Shown piece after piece: positions 21,311-32,537 of a stretch of 32,537 nt of DNA (the first letter of the stretch is position 1; each line of letters begins with the position of its first letter). The stretch spans positions 16,228,491-16,261,027 of the forward strand of contig NC_068998.1 in NCBI RefSeq assembly GCF_001194135.2, read 5' to 3'. A program made the translations under genes and the position numbers. Source of the DNA: Octopus bimaculoides (Eukaryota). The notes beneath the pieces were generated by a model, which was given only the letters and a program-made list of their open reading frames with translations, was not told the DNA's origin and made no database searches.

Positions 21311-22619
21311 AATATACACTTAACCTGTGAAAAAAATATAATAAACCAATTAGCTCGGTTTTTGCATTTCATTGTTCTTTTTTCAGGGAAGGAAGGTTTT
21401 TTTTTTGTTCCTTTTTTCTTGTTTATTTTTCTTCGTTACATTTGCCTAACACAGATATAGTTGTTTGATCATAATACTTTTTATATTTTAATCACACATT
21501 AACTTTCCCCCCACCCCACCCCACNNNNNNNNNNNNNNNNNNNNNNNNNNNNNNNNNNNNNNNNNNNNNNNNNNNNNNNNNNNNNNNNNNNNNNNNNNNN
21601 NNNNNNNNNNNNNNNNNNNNNNNNNNNNNNNNNNNNNNNNNNNNNNNNNNNNNNNNNNNNNNNNNNNNNNNNNNNNNNNNNNNNNNNNNNNNNNNNNNNN
21701 NNNNNNNNNNNNNNNNNNNNNNNNNNNCATACATTTTAATTACAATGTCTCCTTAGGCATATCACTCAATTCATTTTAGCTCAACTCCTCAAGTCTTGGG
21801 ATAAACGACTTAGCTTTCATTAAAACAAACGCAAAAAAAAAAAGAATTAAATGTATTGAAAACTATCGCAGAGAAGTGGCTGGCACAAAGCGCCGAGCAA
21901 TTCTTATGTCAATAGACTGCATTTGAGAGACGCCTCAGTCATTGGTAGAACTAATTTTATATTACTATTTCTACATTAAGGTCAAAGAAGATTGTCATAG
22001 TTATTAATGTAGGTATCTACACATTTGTACACATACACGTGCACGACAATAAACCTGCATATATATATATATATATATGCATACTTACGTGTGCACACAT
22101 GGGTATGATTAACGCACGCACGCTGAAAAAGAATGCTACACTGAAACATAGAGATGCCAACCTATATTCACATTAAATTCATTTATTTGCGTGTGTTCGT
22201 GCCTGGGTGTGCATACACACATACACACATATACATGCTTATACATATGCTTATATTCACATACAGATAGACATAAGTATATACATACACATATGCACAT
22301 ATATAAATATATACATATGTATATATATATTAATGCTTGGTCTTATATTGAGTTATAAATAAAAGCAAAATTACATTTAAACGGAATAATTACTGAATAT
22401 TCTTTAGTAAAGGGCATATCAAACTTTTGATAAGGAGAGTTGTAAGAATGAAACTTCGAAGTGTCGGCCTGTTAGCCTTTAACAGGTATAGATAGATAGA
22501 TAGATAGATGGATGGAGAGATGGATGGATAGATGGATGGACAGACGGGACACAAACAGACACACATACACATACATACATACATACATACATACATACAG
22601 ACATATGTATGCATGCACG

Positions 22620-22651
<32 letters not shown>

Positions 22652-22729
22652 CGCACACGCACACACACATACACACATGCATACGCATACATACACTCAA
22701 AACCTCCCGTAAAGTCTCTTGCCCCCCCC

Positions 22730-23045
22730 CGCAAATAGACAACATTTCACAGACGCTGTACTCTATTTCAAGAAAGCTTTTCTCAGAAAGGGCTTCAAAG
22801 AAAAAATCTCGTGTCTAGAGCTCTTGACTAGGTCAAAAACGTGCAGAAAAACCAACAACAAAATAAACAAAAGAAAAGAGAAAGTCTCATCACATGGTTC
22901 ACACGGCATACTACACCAACTTAACCGTTCGAGTAGGCAAAATCTTACTTCTTCTTAGAAAACACTTCCCTTCTAAACATAAATATTACAAAATATTTTT
23001 ACAACAAGTAAAAATTTCTTATTCTACCATCCCTAACTTCAGCCT
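22730..23045 (+). mobile_element. Penelope-like element RT C-terminal (thumb/linker) fragment, frameshifted
   Basis: HFTDAVLYFKKAFLRKGFKEKISC…KRKEK, then AYYTNLTVRVGKILLLLRKHFPSKHKYYKIF..QVKISYSTIPNF. This resembles the KHFP…KIFN..TVKISYS.MPN motif of GIY-YIG PLEs. Confidence 0.75.
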
Positions 23046-23178
23046 CTTCCAACAATCTCAGACTAAGTGGAACACTCCCACCAACTCTTGAAACTGCACG
23101 AACGCAGATATCAGCCCTCTCAGCAATAAACTGCATATCTAAGGAATCCTTTCTCTCCCTCGCTCTCTTTCTTTTCTA

Positions 23179-23250
<72 letters not shown>

Positions 23251-23404
23251 ATAAAAGGATGTGCTATAACACTATTCCACAGCCATATCAACAATCCAAT
23301 AATACTAATCCACATATACAAAAACAGCCATACCAACAATCCAACATACCTCCATCATATATACATATATCTGTATGTGTGTGTGTGCGCGCCCGCCTGT
23401 GTGT

Positions 23405-23610
23405 ACCCAGTACCCCTTGCTCAAAGACAACACATCTCAGGCCTGCTGTCTTGGTGTCCTGCTGCAAATGTTTCTGAATTTCCTTCCCTTTGAAAGAATC
23501 TGGAATCCGGTAAGGCAAGTCAAAGATAGTCAGTAAATCTATGCGCAGAAGTTGCTTAGGTATTTTTCAGTTCCTGTCTTGTACCATGTGTCCAATATAG
23601 CTGATCAAGG
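23405..23610 (-). mobile_element. Old RTE-clade LINE 3' fragment
   Basis: LISYIGHMVQDRN*KIPKQLLRIDL…QQDTKTAGL resembles LRWLGHVVRM…RIPKQLLYGEL…RDLKAAG. Confidence 0.5.
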
Positions 23611-23720
23611 TTCTGATTTTCAAATCTTTAATTCTTTTAAGTTTATCTAAGATAATGATACTGCTACGACACAGTGTGAATCAGAAACATTGAAATTGAT
23701 TTTAATATTATAAATCTAGA

Positions 23721-23936
23721 AGGCGGTGAGCTGGCAGAACCGTTAGCACGCCGAGCAAAATGCTTATCGGCATTTCGTCGTCTTTATGTTCTGAGTTCAA
23801 ATTCTTCCATGGGTCGACTTTACCTTTTTGGAAGTCGACAAAGTAGGAATCATTCGAGCACTGTGAGGCCGATGTAAATCAACACATCCCTTCCCCGAAA
23901 TTGCTGGCCTTGTGCCAAAATTTTAAACTAATATTA
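23721..23936 (+). mobile_element. Full-length SINE (GGCGGTGAGCTGGCAG family)
   Basis: AGGCGGTGAGCTGGCAGAACCGTTAGCACGCC…GAGTTCAAATTC…GGCCTTGTGCCAAAATTTTAAAC. Confidence 0.85.
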
Positions 23937-24314
23937 CAAATCCTCTCTGCGGGTTAAATATGAATAATGTAGAAAGAATGTTTACACTCTTATTTCATTC
24001 GTATCGAGGTTTTGTGAACGGTGCATGTGTGTACGTGTATGTGTGTGTGTGTGTGTGTGTTTGCTTTTGGTGCCAAAACGTACTATCGCCCAAAACAGTT
24101 TGAATGTCAGCTGCACCAAATCAATAGCGTTCAAACAGGTACGTCTCATTCCGCGCTCTCTCTTACTAACAATCTCGTTGCCTCCATTACTGCCCCTAGT
24201 CCATTGTCTTCTGCCATTATACACTTTAATAACGCCTAAATTTTGCTGTCACTCCTCCATTATTCCTAGCTCCTAGCACTCTCTCTCCCCTCCTTTGTGT
24301 CTCTCTCCCTCTCC

Positions 24315-24356
<42 letters not shown>

Positions 24357-24509
24357 CTCACCTCTACCACGCTTACGCTTTATTCACTCTGTTTGTCTCA
24401 TAACATATTCATCTTATTTTTCCTTCTTACTCAGTTCGTCAATCGCTCTCGCTTCAACGTCGTGCATGTGCTTACGCTAAAATGCCCCCCCCCCCCAGTA
24501 CATCCTGAG

Positions 24510-24735
24510 AAGTGACTGGCATCAGGAAGAGCGTCAATCATAGGAAAATGCCCCAAATAAATTGTATGAGCGAAATGTGCGTAGTCCCTTTACCCGTCGA
24601 AGGTTGACAGTAGCTCCGAATACGAACAGCTGCTCTGCACCGTGATGATTGACCATCCGTCCAGTGGAAGGTTGACGTAAAGGGATGATAACGGCGACGA
24701 CGACGACGACGACGATGATGATGATGATGATGATG
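24510..24735 (+). mobile_element. Decayed SINE/RTE-related 3' tail ending in GAC/GAT repeats
   Basis: TGGCATCAGGAAGAGCGTC…CCATCCGTCCAGTGGAAGGTTGACGTAAAGGGATGAT followed by (GAC)n(GAT)n; family recalled from memory. Confidence 0.45.
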
Positions 24736-26445
24736 CCTACACGATAATATCACATACACATACGCACGCACAATTGTATGATTTGAAGAGGGAAAAACAA
24801 AACGAAAGCGAGATGAACAAGACTTTTCTTCGGCTTACTTATTTTGTTGCTTTATATTTTTCCCCCTCAATTTCTAATTTTTATTTATTTATCTATTTAC
24901 TTATTTCGTATTTACTTATTTCTTGTTTCTGGAAGATGAAGCAACTGATGTGGGTTTGCATTGCCAAATAAGTAATTTAAGAAGACATGTGTTAGTTAAA
25001 ATACGCCTAGTTATTGTGACCATAGGAAGATCTCTATCATTTCGGCTTCGTGTAACTACTTTTATTTAACACCATCACACTTCCTCTTTGCAGCGTCAGG
25101 GAGACAGGACTCCTTTTACAACCAAAAGCTTTTTACCCTGTATTCTACATGCTATTTCTTATAGCTTTATCTACTTCGAGTTCCAACCTTAAAATATATA
25201 TATATATACTTGCATATGTATATATGTTCAGTTTTATTTCAAGATTTCTTGCCAATAGAGAAAGGGCCGGTTTCTAGCCTAGATCCAAGACTCCTTCATT
25301 GGAATTTCAATATCAACAACAGAGTATATTTGTTTGTATGTATGTATGTATGTATATGTACAGATTTGTATGTCTTGTTTTACGTATGTATTCTCATGCA
25401 CATAGTTGCATATCTAGACATACTTATATATATTTAAATGATAAACTTCTGCAAAGTTTTACAGATTTTTACATTTCCAGAGATGGATTGGATCTGTAGT
25501 CTTATGTATGTATGTATGTATGTATGTATGTATGTATGTATGTATGTATGTACTTACGCATATATGTGTATGCGTGAGTGAGCATGTTTGTGTGTGTGTA
25601 TTTGTGTGTGCTTGTGTATGCTAAGATTCTTGTTCTTGTATCTGATGTAATTGATATTTCCACTATTATTACGTTTTGTCTGACTTCTATACCGGAAGTT
25701 GTTCTCACAAAATGTCCGACCTTAAAACGGTCAGCTTCCTATTTCAGTTTCAATCATTGCTTGGCTGGAACATCGTCAACTTGTTGTTGTTGGTGGTGGT
25801 GGTTTTCTCCTCTTCCTCCTCCTCCTCCTCCTTCTCCTTCTCCTTCTTTTACTTTTATTCCGTCTTCTCTCTTCAGAATGAAAAAAACGCGTGAGTTTTA
25901 ATAGAGTGATAAAGACATGTGAGTGTAGGGAGAGAAATAAGGAAAGCAAAATTGAAACAGAGGAAAGGAAAACAAACTGGCAGACAAACAGACTATTACA
26001 GACTCATACGTGTAAACACACACGAACATATGTACGTAATTGGCTGGCATTTGTTTTATTGATACCGATCGACTCTGCCTGGATTAGAACTCAGAACATA
26101 ACGTAATTAAACACCGCAAAACAGTTCAGTCGACACTATACCGATTTTAAGAATAAAGATTTCTAGAATACGCATAGAAACAATTCACAAATATTTGGGA
26201 AGGAATGATGTTAGTTATAACGACTGGTATCTATTATAAATCGACCTAACAGACATACTTCTCTCTTGTTCTCTGAAAACTTTTTACAGTGGATATTTTA
26301 CTCAAAATATTAAAAACAACCAAATATTTCTAAGGTAACATTTCAGTGTCCTACTTGTTACTGTTATTAGTGATACTTAATATTTCGAATACACTGCTTT
26401 TGTCTTGTGTAAGTCACTGTTTTGTGCACACGCATGTGTGTAAAC

Positions 26446-26529
<84 letters not shown>

Positions 26530-27370
26530 NNNNNNNNNNNNNNNNNNNNNNNNNNNNNNNNNNNNNNNNNNNNNNNNNNNNNNNNNNNNNNNNNNNNNNN
26601 NNNNNNNNNNNNNNNNNNNNNNNNNNNNNNNNNNNNNNNNNNNNNNNNNNNNNNNNNNNNNNNNNNNNNNNNNNNNNNNNNNNNNNNNNNNNNNNNNNNN
26701 NNNNNNNNNNNNNNNNNNNNNNNNNNNNNNNNNNNNNNNNNNNNNNNNNNNNNNNNNNNNNNNNNNNNNNNNNNNNNNNNNNNNNNNNNNNNNNNNNNNN
26801 NNNNNNNNNNNNNNNNNNNNNNNNNNNNNNNNNNNNNNNNNNNNNNNNNNNNNNNNNNNNNNNNNNNNNNNNNNNNNNNNNNNNNNNNNNNNNNNNNNNN
26901 NNNNNNNNNNNNNNNNNNNNNNNNNNNNNNNNNNNNNNNNNNTATATATATATATATATACGTGTGTGAGAGATAGAAAGAGAGCGAAAAAGAGAGAAAG
27001 AGAGAAAGACAGACAGAGAGAGAGATTATTATTTCGGCCTTGTGCCTATAGTAGAAAGGATTATTTCGGCAAAGAGATATTAATAATCAATTTTTATAAC
27101 TTAATATACTTATGGTTTCAAGTAAGCCCTCAGGTGATTATAGAACGTAATATCAGTTAATGAATGACAAAAGAACAAGAGTTACCTTTTCACCTTCATT
27201 AGCTTACTGCTGTTTCTGCGATACGAAGCAGTGCACTCAGGGTTGAATGCTTGTGTAACATCAAATAGCTTCCTCGGATTCATTAAAGTTATATTAATTG
27301 TTATATGAATCAATGAAACAATGTATTAATAATTTAAAACCATGACTAATGTTATTGTTTATTGTTTCAG

Positions 27371-27507
27371 AACATAACGAAGAGCCAGACCTCCTCTACA
27401 AATTGATGGGTGCCTATATTGTACTGGGATTTGTCGGATTTCTACTGATACTTTTATTTTTGGATAAAATTGGCGCTCGAGTTGACCCCGAGAAGAGTGC
27501 TTACGAA
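27371..27507 (+). CDS. Internal coding exon of an UNC-93-like (MFS-type) membrane protein
   Basis: Acceptor TTGTTTCAG at 27370 and donor GTAAGT at 27508; 137 nt, phase 1 to phase 0. It encodes (E)HNEEPDLLYKLMGAYIVLGFVGFLLILLFLDKIGARVDPEKSAYE, a single TM helix resembling the LVYTLLGIY…FLQPI segment of UNC93A as recalled. The exon is more certain than the family call. Confidence 0.7.
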
Positions 27508-28083
27508 GTAAGTGTTTTATATCAACATTAAAACCAAATCATGTGTCTCGTATTTGTTTGATGATGTCCTCTTTCAGTCATGAAAGGGGAAAATGAAAGG
27601 AAAATCAATGGCTGCACTGAGAGAGGTACAAAAGAAATTTTAGTTTGACCGTCCTCGCGGACGTTTCAATGATTTCACGCGAGCACGCCATCTATCACGA
27701 CCCCTTATACATGTTCTTAATTTGTCAACATTTTCCATTCCATTGTCCTGAAGCAAGTTCTTCCGCATAGGCTAGACGTTTTCTTACCAAAGAACTTTGT
27801 GTCACTCTGCAAGAGAGTGACACGAAATACTACTTGAAGTGGTGGGGGAGTTTATATATGTGAGGTCGACTTAGCTGCAGGAGATTTGGAGCTGAGAATG
27901 TAAAGAACGGTAACTAAGAACTGCAAGAATTTTTTGTCCAATACTCTATCAACTTGTCACCTTTGTCAATGTAAATATAACAAAAATGTTTTTATCTCTA
28001 AAAAACGATGCTAACAACCTGGAAAATTTTACAGCTATAGTTATGTAATCTAGTTATAGGCCAATCTACCACCAGTAAGTTCG

Positions 28084-28283
28084 ACAATTGTTGAACTATG
28101 AGTTAACAATCGTTAGAAGTATAAATTGTTAACTATAAATTGTGAAACTTCAAATTGTTCAATACAAACTGTTACAGTAGAAACCGTGGAACTACAAATT
28201 GTGAAACTATAAATTATTGACTTATGAATTGTTAAACAATAAAATTCTAAACTATAAATCATGAATTATAAATAGTTAAAATA
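28084..28283 (+). repeat. Degenerate 14-15 bp minisatellite (consensus about AAACTATAAATTGT)
   Basis: About a dozen imperfect units, e.g. AAGTATAAATTGT, AACTATAAATTGT, AACTACAAATTGT, AACTATAAATTAT. Confidence 0.8.
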
Positions 28284-28299
28284 AAAAGTGGAAGGTATA

Positions 28300-28354
28300 T
28301 TACTGCTGATGAACTCCCATAGGAGGTAAATAACTCCAGAGTTACTTCCGGTAA
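28300..28354 (+). ncRNA. Candidate type I hammerhead variant with core insertions
   Basis: TTACTG-CTGATGA-A-CTCC(CATA)GGAG-GTAAA-TAACT(CCAG)AGTTA-CTTC-CGGTAA: three nested helices around CUGAUGA. Confidence 0.4.
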
Positions 28355-28586
28355 AAGACATCTAAAAAGATATTAATACTTATGAACTAAAATTGATTCT
28401 TTTTTTTTCTTTGTTGTTGTTCATTGTTATCTACGTATGTCTAATCTTGCTTTAACTTTTATGAATGTTTCAAAATATTAAAATGCTTTCACCCACTTAA
28501 GTAAAAGTTAGACAGCTGTCAGACCAATATAAATAAGAAAATTTACCCAAGCAATTGTAAACTAAGTTATAATATGTAGTGATGTG

Positions 28587-28643
<57 letters not shown>

Positions 28644-29074
28644 ATGTGCACACTATCACAGCACCCTTTCTCAAAGTATGACCATGTCCTGAATGATGTC
28701 AGCTAACGAATCGAAAATTTCAGTTGTTCCGATATGGTGCTCTGCCGAGAACTTGGTAACGAGACTACATATGTTTCATATACATATATACAAAAATATA
28801 TATATAAATACACACGCACACACACATACACGAAAGCTAGCAAGTCATAACATGAAATCACTGTCACACTAATTGCAAAAGTTTAATAAACATATAATCG
28901 TCTAAAAATCTAAAAAGTAATGAGTAATCATCAGTTAATCTTAAATTGATATATATATATATGCATATGTTTGTCGGCTGGGGTCTGCTGATACACCATA
29001 AAGCTAAACCCTTTATGGACGGAAAACCTACGTTAATCCCATGAACCGACCCCCCCCCCAAAAAAAAAAATTAA

Positions 29075-29160
<86 letters not shown>

Positions 29161-29845
29161 AGTGTATGTGTGTGTATCAATGTAACTGTATATGTTACTG
29201 TACAGTTACATTCATACACACAAACACTATATTAATGTTTGTTGCTCTGTCAAGTTATATATATATAAATATATATAAAAGTTGACAGAGCAGAAGACAT
29301 TAATATACGTACACATGTGCGAATGCCTGTGTATGGATGCGTATGACATACATACATACATACATACATACATACATACATACATACATACATACGTATA
29401 GTCGTTATAAAGCAGTCGCGCAATTTAAATTTGTATAACTTTAGTTCTACATAAAAATGGAATTAATTTGTCGAAAGGATAAAAAGAATTTGTTTCATTT
29501 ATTAATATCTTTATCCTCGGGATTGTTAATTTTCACAAACCATATTGCCATTTCATTCTCCTCGAAATACATTTTGCTGTTGACTTTTCATTTATTCAGT
29601 GAATCACATTAGTTATCCTACTTCTACAAGCGACATCGCAAACGAGGCTTCGATGAACAAATAATGTTCTTCAGATGACCCCATTAAATAATTTGAAATC
29701 ATTGTTAATTAAAAATAATACGTATGAACAATTATAATTAATATCTTTTTTTTATTTATTGACGACAATAAAAATAAATGAGTTTAGCATCTTAATGTTC
29801 CTTTTCAATTAATTTTATTATTGAGAAGTTTAAAACTAAAATTCA

Positions 29846-29886
<41 letters not shown>

Positions 29887-29889
29887 TAC

Positions 29890-30250
29890 ATGTGTATATG
29901 GATAAAATCTTTATAAGAATTTATCAAGTAGTCAGCGTGAAAAAAACCTCATAAGGAAAAAAAAAATCATCATTTTTTTCCATAAATATATATAATATAA
30001 TCTATATAAGGGCATTATTATAAAATAATGCCTCACGCTTAGAGGGACTTAATAAGTCAAAACTACCAAAATAAGCACATGTTTACCGATCGCGAGGGAA
30101 TGCAACTTTTGAAGCTAACCTCTTAAAAACTTTTAACTTAACGGCAAACCACTGGTTTCATAATTAATACAGCAAAACTATGCAGTAAGCTGCATCTTTT
30201 ATTCATCAGTGCACGTATGGTCAAGACACATAAAGAATAAATAAAAACCA
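29890..30250 (-). mobile_element. Presumed PLE pseudo-LTR-derived repeat hosting the intact hammerhead
   Basis: Non-coding AT-rich block between (TA)n and (TACA)n containing the 30141-30216 hammerhead; boundaries approximate. Confidence 0.45.
30141..30216 (-). ncRNA. Type I hammerhead ribozyme, conserved core intact
   Basis: Helix I ACG(U)GCA/UGCCGU, CUGAUGA (30209-30203), helix II AUAA/UUAU enclosing AUGCAG-CUUA-CUGCAU, GAAA (30159-30156), helix III ACC-AGU-GGU. The GUU triplet predicts cleavage between 30147 and 30146. Confidence 0.7.
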
Positions 30251-31710
30251 ACATACCCTGATGTACTGTTAAGTACATACATACATACATACATACATAC
30301 TATTGAACCTTTATTTCGAGATATATGGGTTGTAACTGAGAAGTACTCAGAGTGAGTCCGAGACGAACGATAATTGAAGAGGTAAACTCAGAAACAAAGT
30401 TTGGATCAATCTGCAAATTCCCAAACGGAAAACACATAGACGTAAAATTTTTTAATATTTTTAAAAATCCATATACATTAATACATATTAATACAGATCA
30501 ATACAAATCTATATATATATATAAAGCATAACATATAAATATGTAAATAAAAATATAAATTAAAAGAACGTAAAAATATGCGAGTTGTAAATATGGTGAG
30601 AGTATACGAAAGAGATGAGCAAATAACTACATTACTAGAACAAATCAAAAATTTACAATTACGGATTAAGAATTAAGAATAAAGTCCCCTTTTTAGAGGA
30701 AATCCATTCGACAGCCGTTTCTGGAATAAGGTAAACAGTTCAAAAGTTTTACTCATCCTTGTAAAATATATATATACACATATATATATATACATATATA
30801 TATACATACATACATACATACATACATCGCAGACATGTTCTCTGGGTGGACAAGAAAACCAGTGCAAAGCCTAGTCCACTTTCTCCTCCTAATTATGTAA
30901 CCTGGAGTGGTGAACAGTGTGCTATATATCAGGGAATGCGATAATGCAAAACTGCGACGTGAGGAATGCTTATGCTCCCTAACGCCGCAGTTCACATTGT
31001 ATGTGAAGTCCCCGACGCCTAAGTTTATCGAATTTTACTAAACAGATTCTGTTTTGCGCTTATATTTTTAGAAAGATAAAGTGTGATTTGAAAGAAACTT
31101 GACTACTTGTTCTAACAAATTTAGTAACCATGTAGAAGCTTCGTTTAATATTTGTACAACGGAACTAATAAGCAGGGGAGGTTTGAGTTAATAATTGCAT
31201 AGATATTTCTCAGTTGACTGCAGTTTTTCAATTCAATACATTTCATCTGTGGAATCTTTTGACTTTAAATACCAAATCTTCTCCAATCCGGATTGTGTAT
31301 TTATATTAGATTATCCGAAAATTTCAGTCAACTGATCTTACTAGAATTATCTCCTCCGCTGGTTGCCTTTTAAGTTAAAACAAATCTATTCTTATGCACA
31401 TCGACTTTATTTTAAAAAGAAAATTTCGATTAGCTGATATTATTAGTGTTGCCTGCTTTACTGGTGATTTTTATGATCTTAAACACTCCTGTGGGGAGTT
31501 TCTGCTTACTAATTACTTAGATAATCTCAGCTGATTGCAATTTGTTCTGCTCATTAAATCATTACATATGTGAGTCGCTATCATATTTGTATTTAATGTG
31601 CAGAACGCTCCCGTCACCTCTTCACTGAGATATTTTCTCTGGTCACATTGTTAACTTGATCAGTCAAGATACACATCTTCCTCTGAACACATCATCTGGC
31701 TCACACACAC

Positions 31711-31762
<52 letters not shown>

Positions 31763-32475
31763 CCAATGCACACTCTTTCTTCTACTCTCTTTCTTTGTCT
31801 TTCTCTCAATTTTTCTCTCTCTTTCTCTCTCACTCCTTTCCTTTCTTCTCTTTGCTGTCAATAAGATTAGCTATGAAGTAGTTTATCTGATTTAGACATC
31901 ATTGTGTTAGGTGATGTTACACGACCAATGTCTGTATTAATGGCAACACAATGCAATCCTTGCTTTTATGTACGTTTCTGTAAGTATGTGTGTATATATG
32001 TATGTGGGTGTGCTTGTATTTATATCACTATCTACCTCTCTATCACTTTCTCTCTTTCCCTCTCTCTCTCTCTCTATATATATATATAAGTGTGTATGTG
32101 TGTGAACATATATATATATATATATGCTTATATATATACATACACATATATACATATATAAGCATGCATTGTGTATGTATGTATATAAATGCATATGTTA
32201 TATAAATAAACTATCTATATAATGTTATGCATATATATACACACACATGTAACCAAATATGCATATTTATAGATACATACATGTATACATATAAATACAT
32301 ATTTATATGTGTGTGCATGTGTGTTTGTGTATGTTTGTGTGCACATATATATGTATATCGTGTTTGTAATGCATATACACATACACACACGCATACACAC
32401 ACGCACACATATATATATATATATATCTATATCTACCTGTCTATCTATCGATCTATCTATCTATCTATCTATCTA

Positions 32476-32508
<33 letters not shown>

Positions 32509-32537
32509 GTATATATATATATATATATATATATATA

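Noticed and set aside
26291-26410. Possible small exons (TTACAG…AAG|GTAAC and TTTCAG…TGT|GTAAGT) upstream of the UNC-93-like exon
   Set aside because: Their open frames end in phases incompatible with the phase-1 acceptor at 27371, and the peptides show no UNC-93 resemblance.
27654-27683. Minus-strand CTCGCG-TGAAATCATT-GAAACGTC-CGCGAG
   Set aside because: It has helix I and GAAACGUC but no CUGANGA and no helix II; most likely a chance inverted repeat.
29640-29680. Minus-strand CTGAAGA-ACATTATTTGT-TCATC-GAAG
   Set aside because: The hairpin is not adjacent to GAA, 15.1 is G, and there is no helix I.
30700-30760. Minus-strand GAAAC-GGCT-GTC with upstream AGGATGA
   Set aside because: Helix III is good, but C3/U4 are absent and I could not form helix I or II.
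30831-30875. TCSLGG peptide resembling the UNC93 VTCTLG motif
   Set aside because: There is no polypyrimidine acceptor, the frame stops after 13 codons, and the rest does not match.

Overview
Repeat-saturated eukaryotic scaffold segment with 8 N-gaps. The AT-rich background, dense microsatellites and SINE families look like an octopod cephalopod (recognised from memory, not searched). No intact long ORF is present, and almost all listed ORFs are microsatellite or gap artefacts. Supported content: a decayed Ty3/Gypsy pol (0.9-3.0 kb); a possible 5' gene exon on the minus strand with YY1-type start motifs (3.0-4.4 kb); two RTE-clade LINE 3' ends; an R4/Dong-type RLE LINE 3' end; a Helitron 3' end; a Penelope-like element (PLE) RT fragment and several presumed PLE pseudo-LTR pieces; a pogo-like TIR fragment; many tRNA-derived SINEs; and one clean internal exon (27371-27507) of an UNC-93-like membrane protein. 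The best candidate for novelty is a set of hammerhead ribozyme motifs. One (7077-7153, minus) has all core nucleotides but a non-circularly permuted, pseudoknotted strand order. One (30141-30216, minus) is a canonical type I with an intact core. One (28300-28354, plus) is an insertion variant, and several others are decayed relics. All structures were folded by eye and none is tested.
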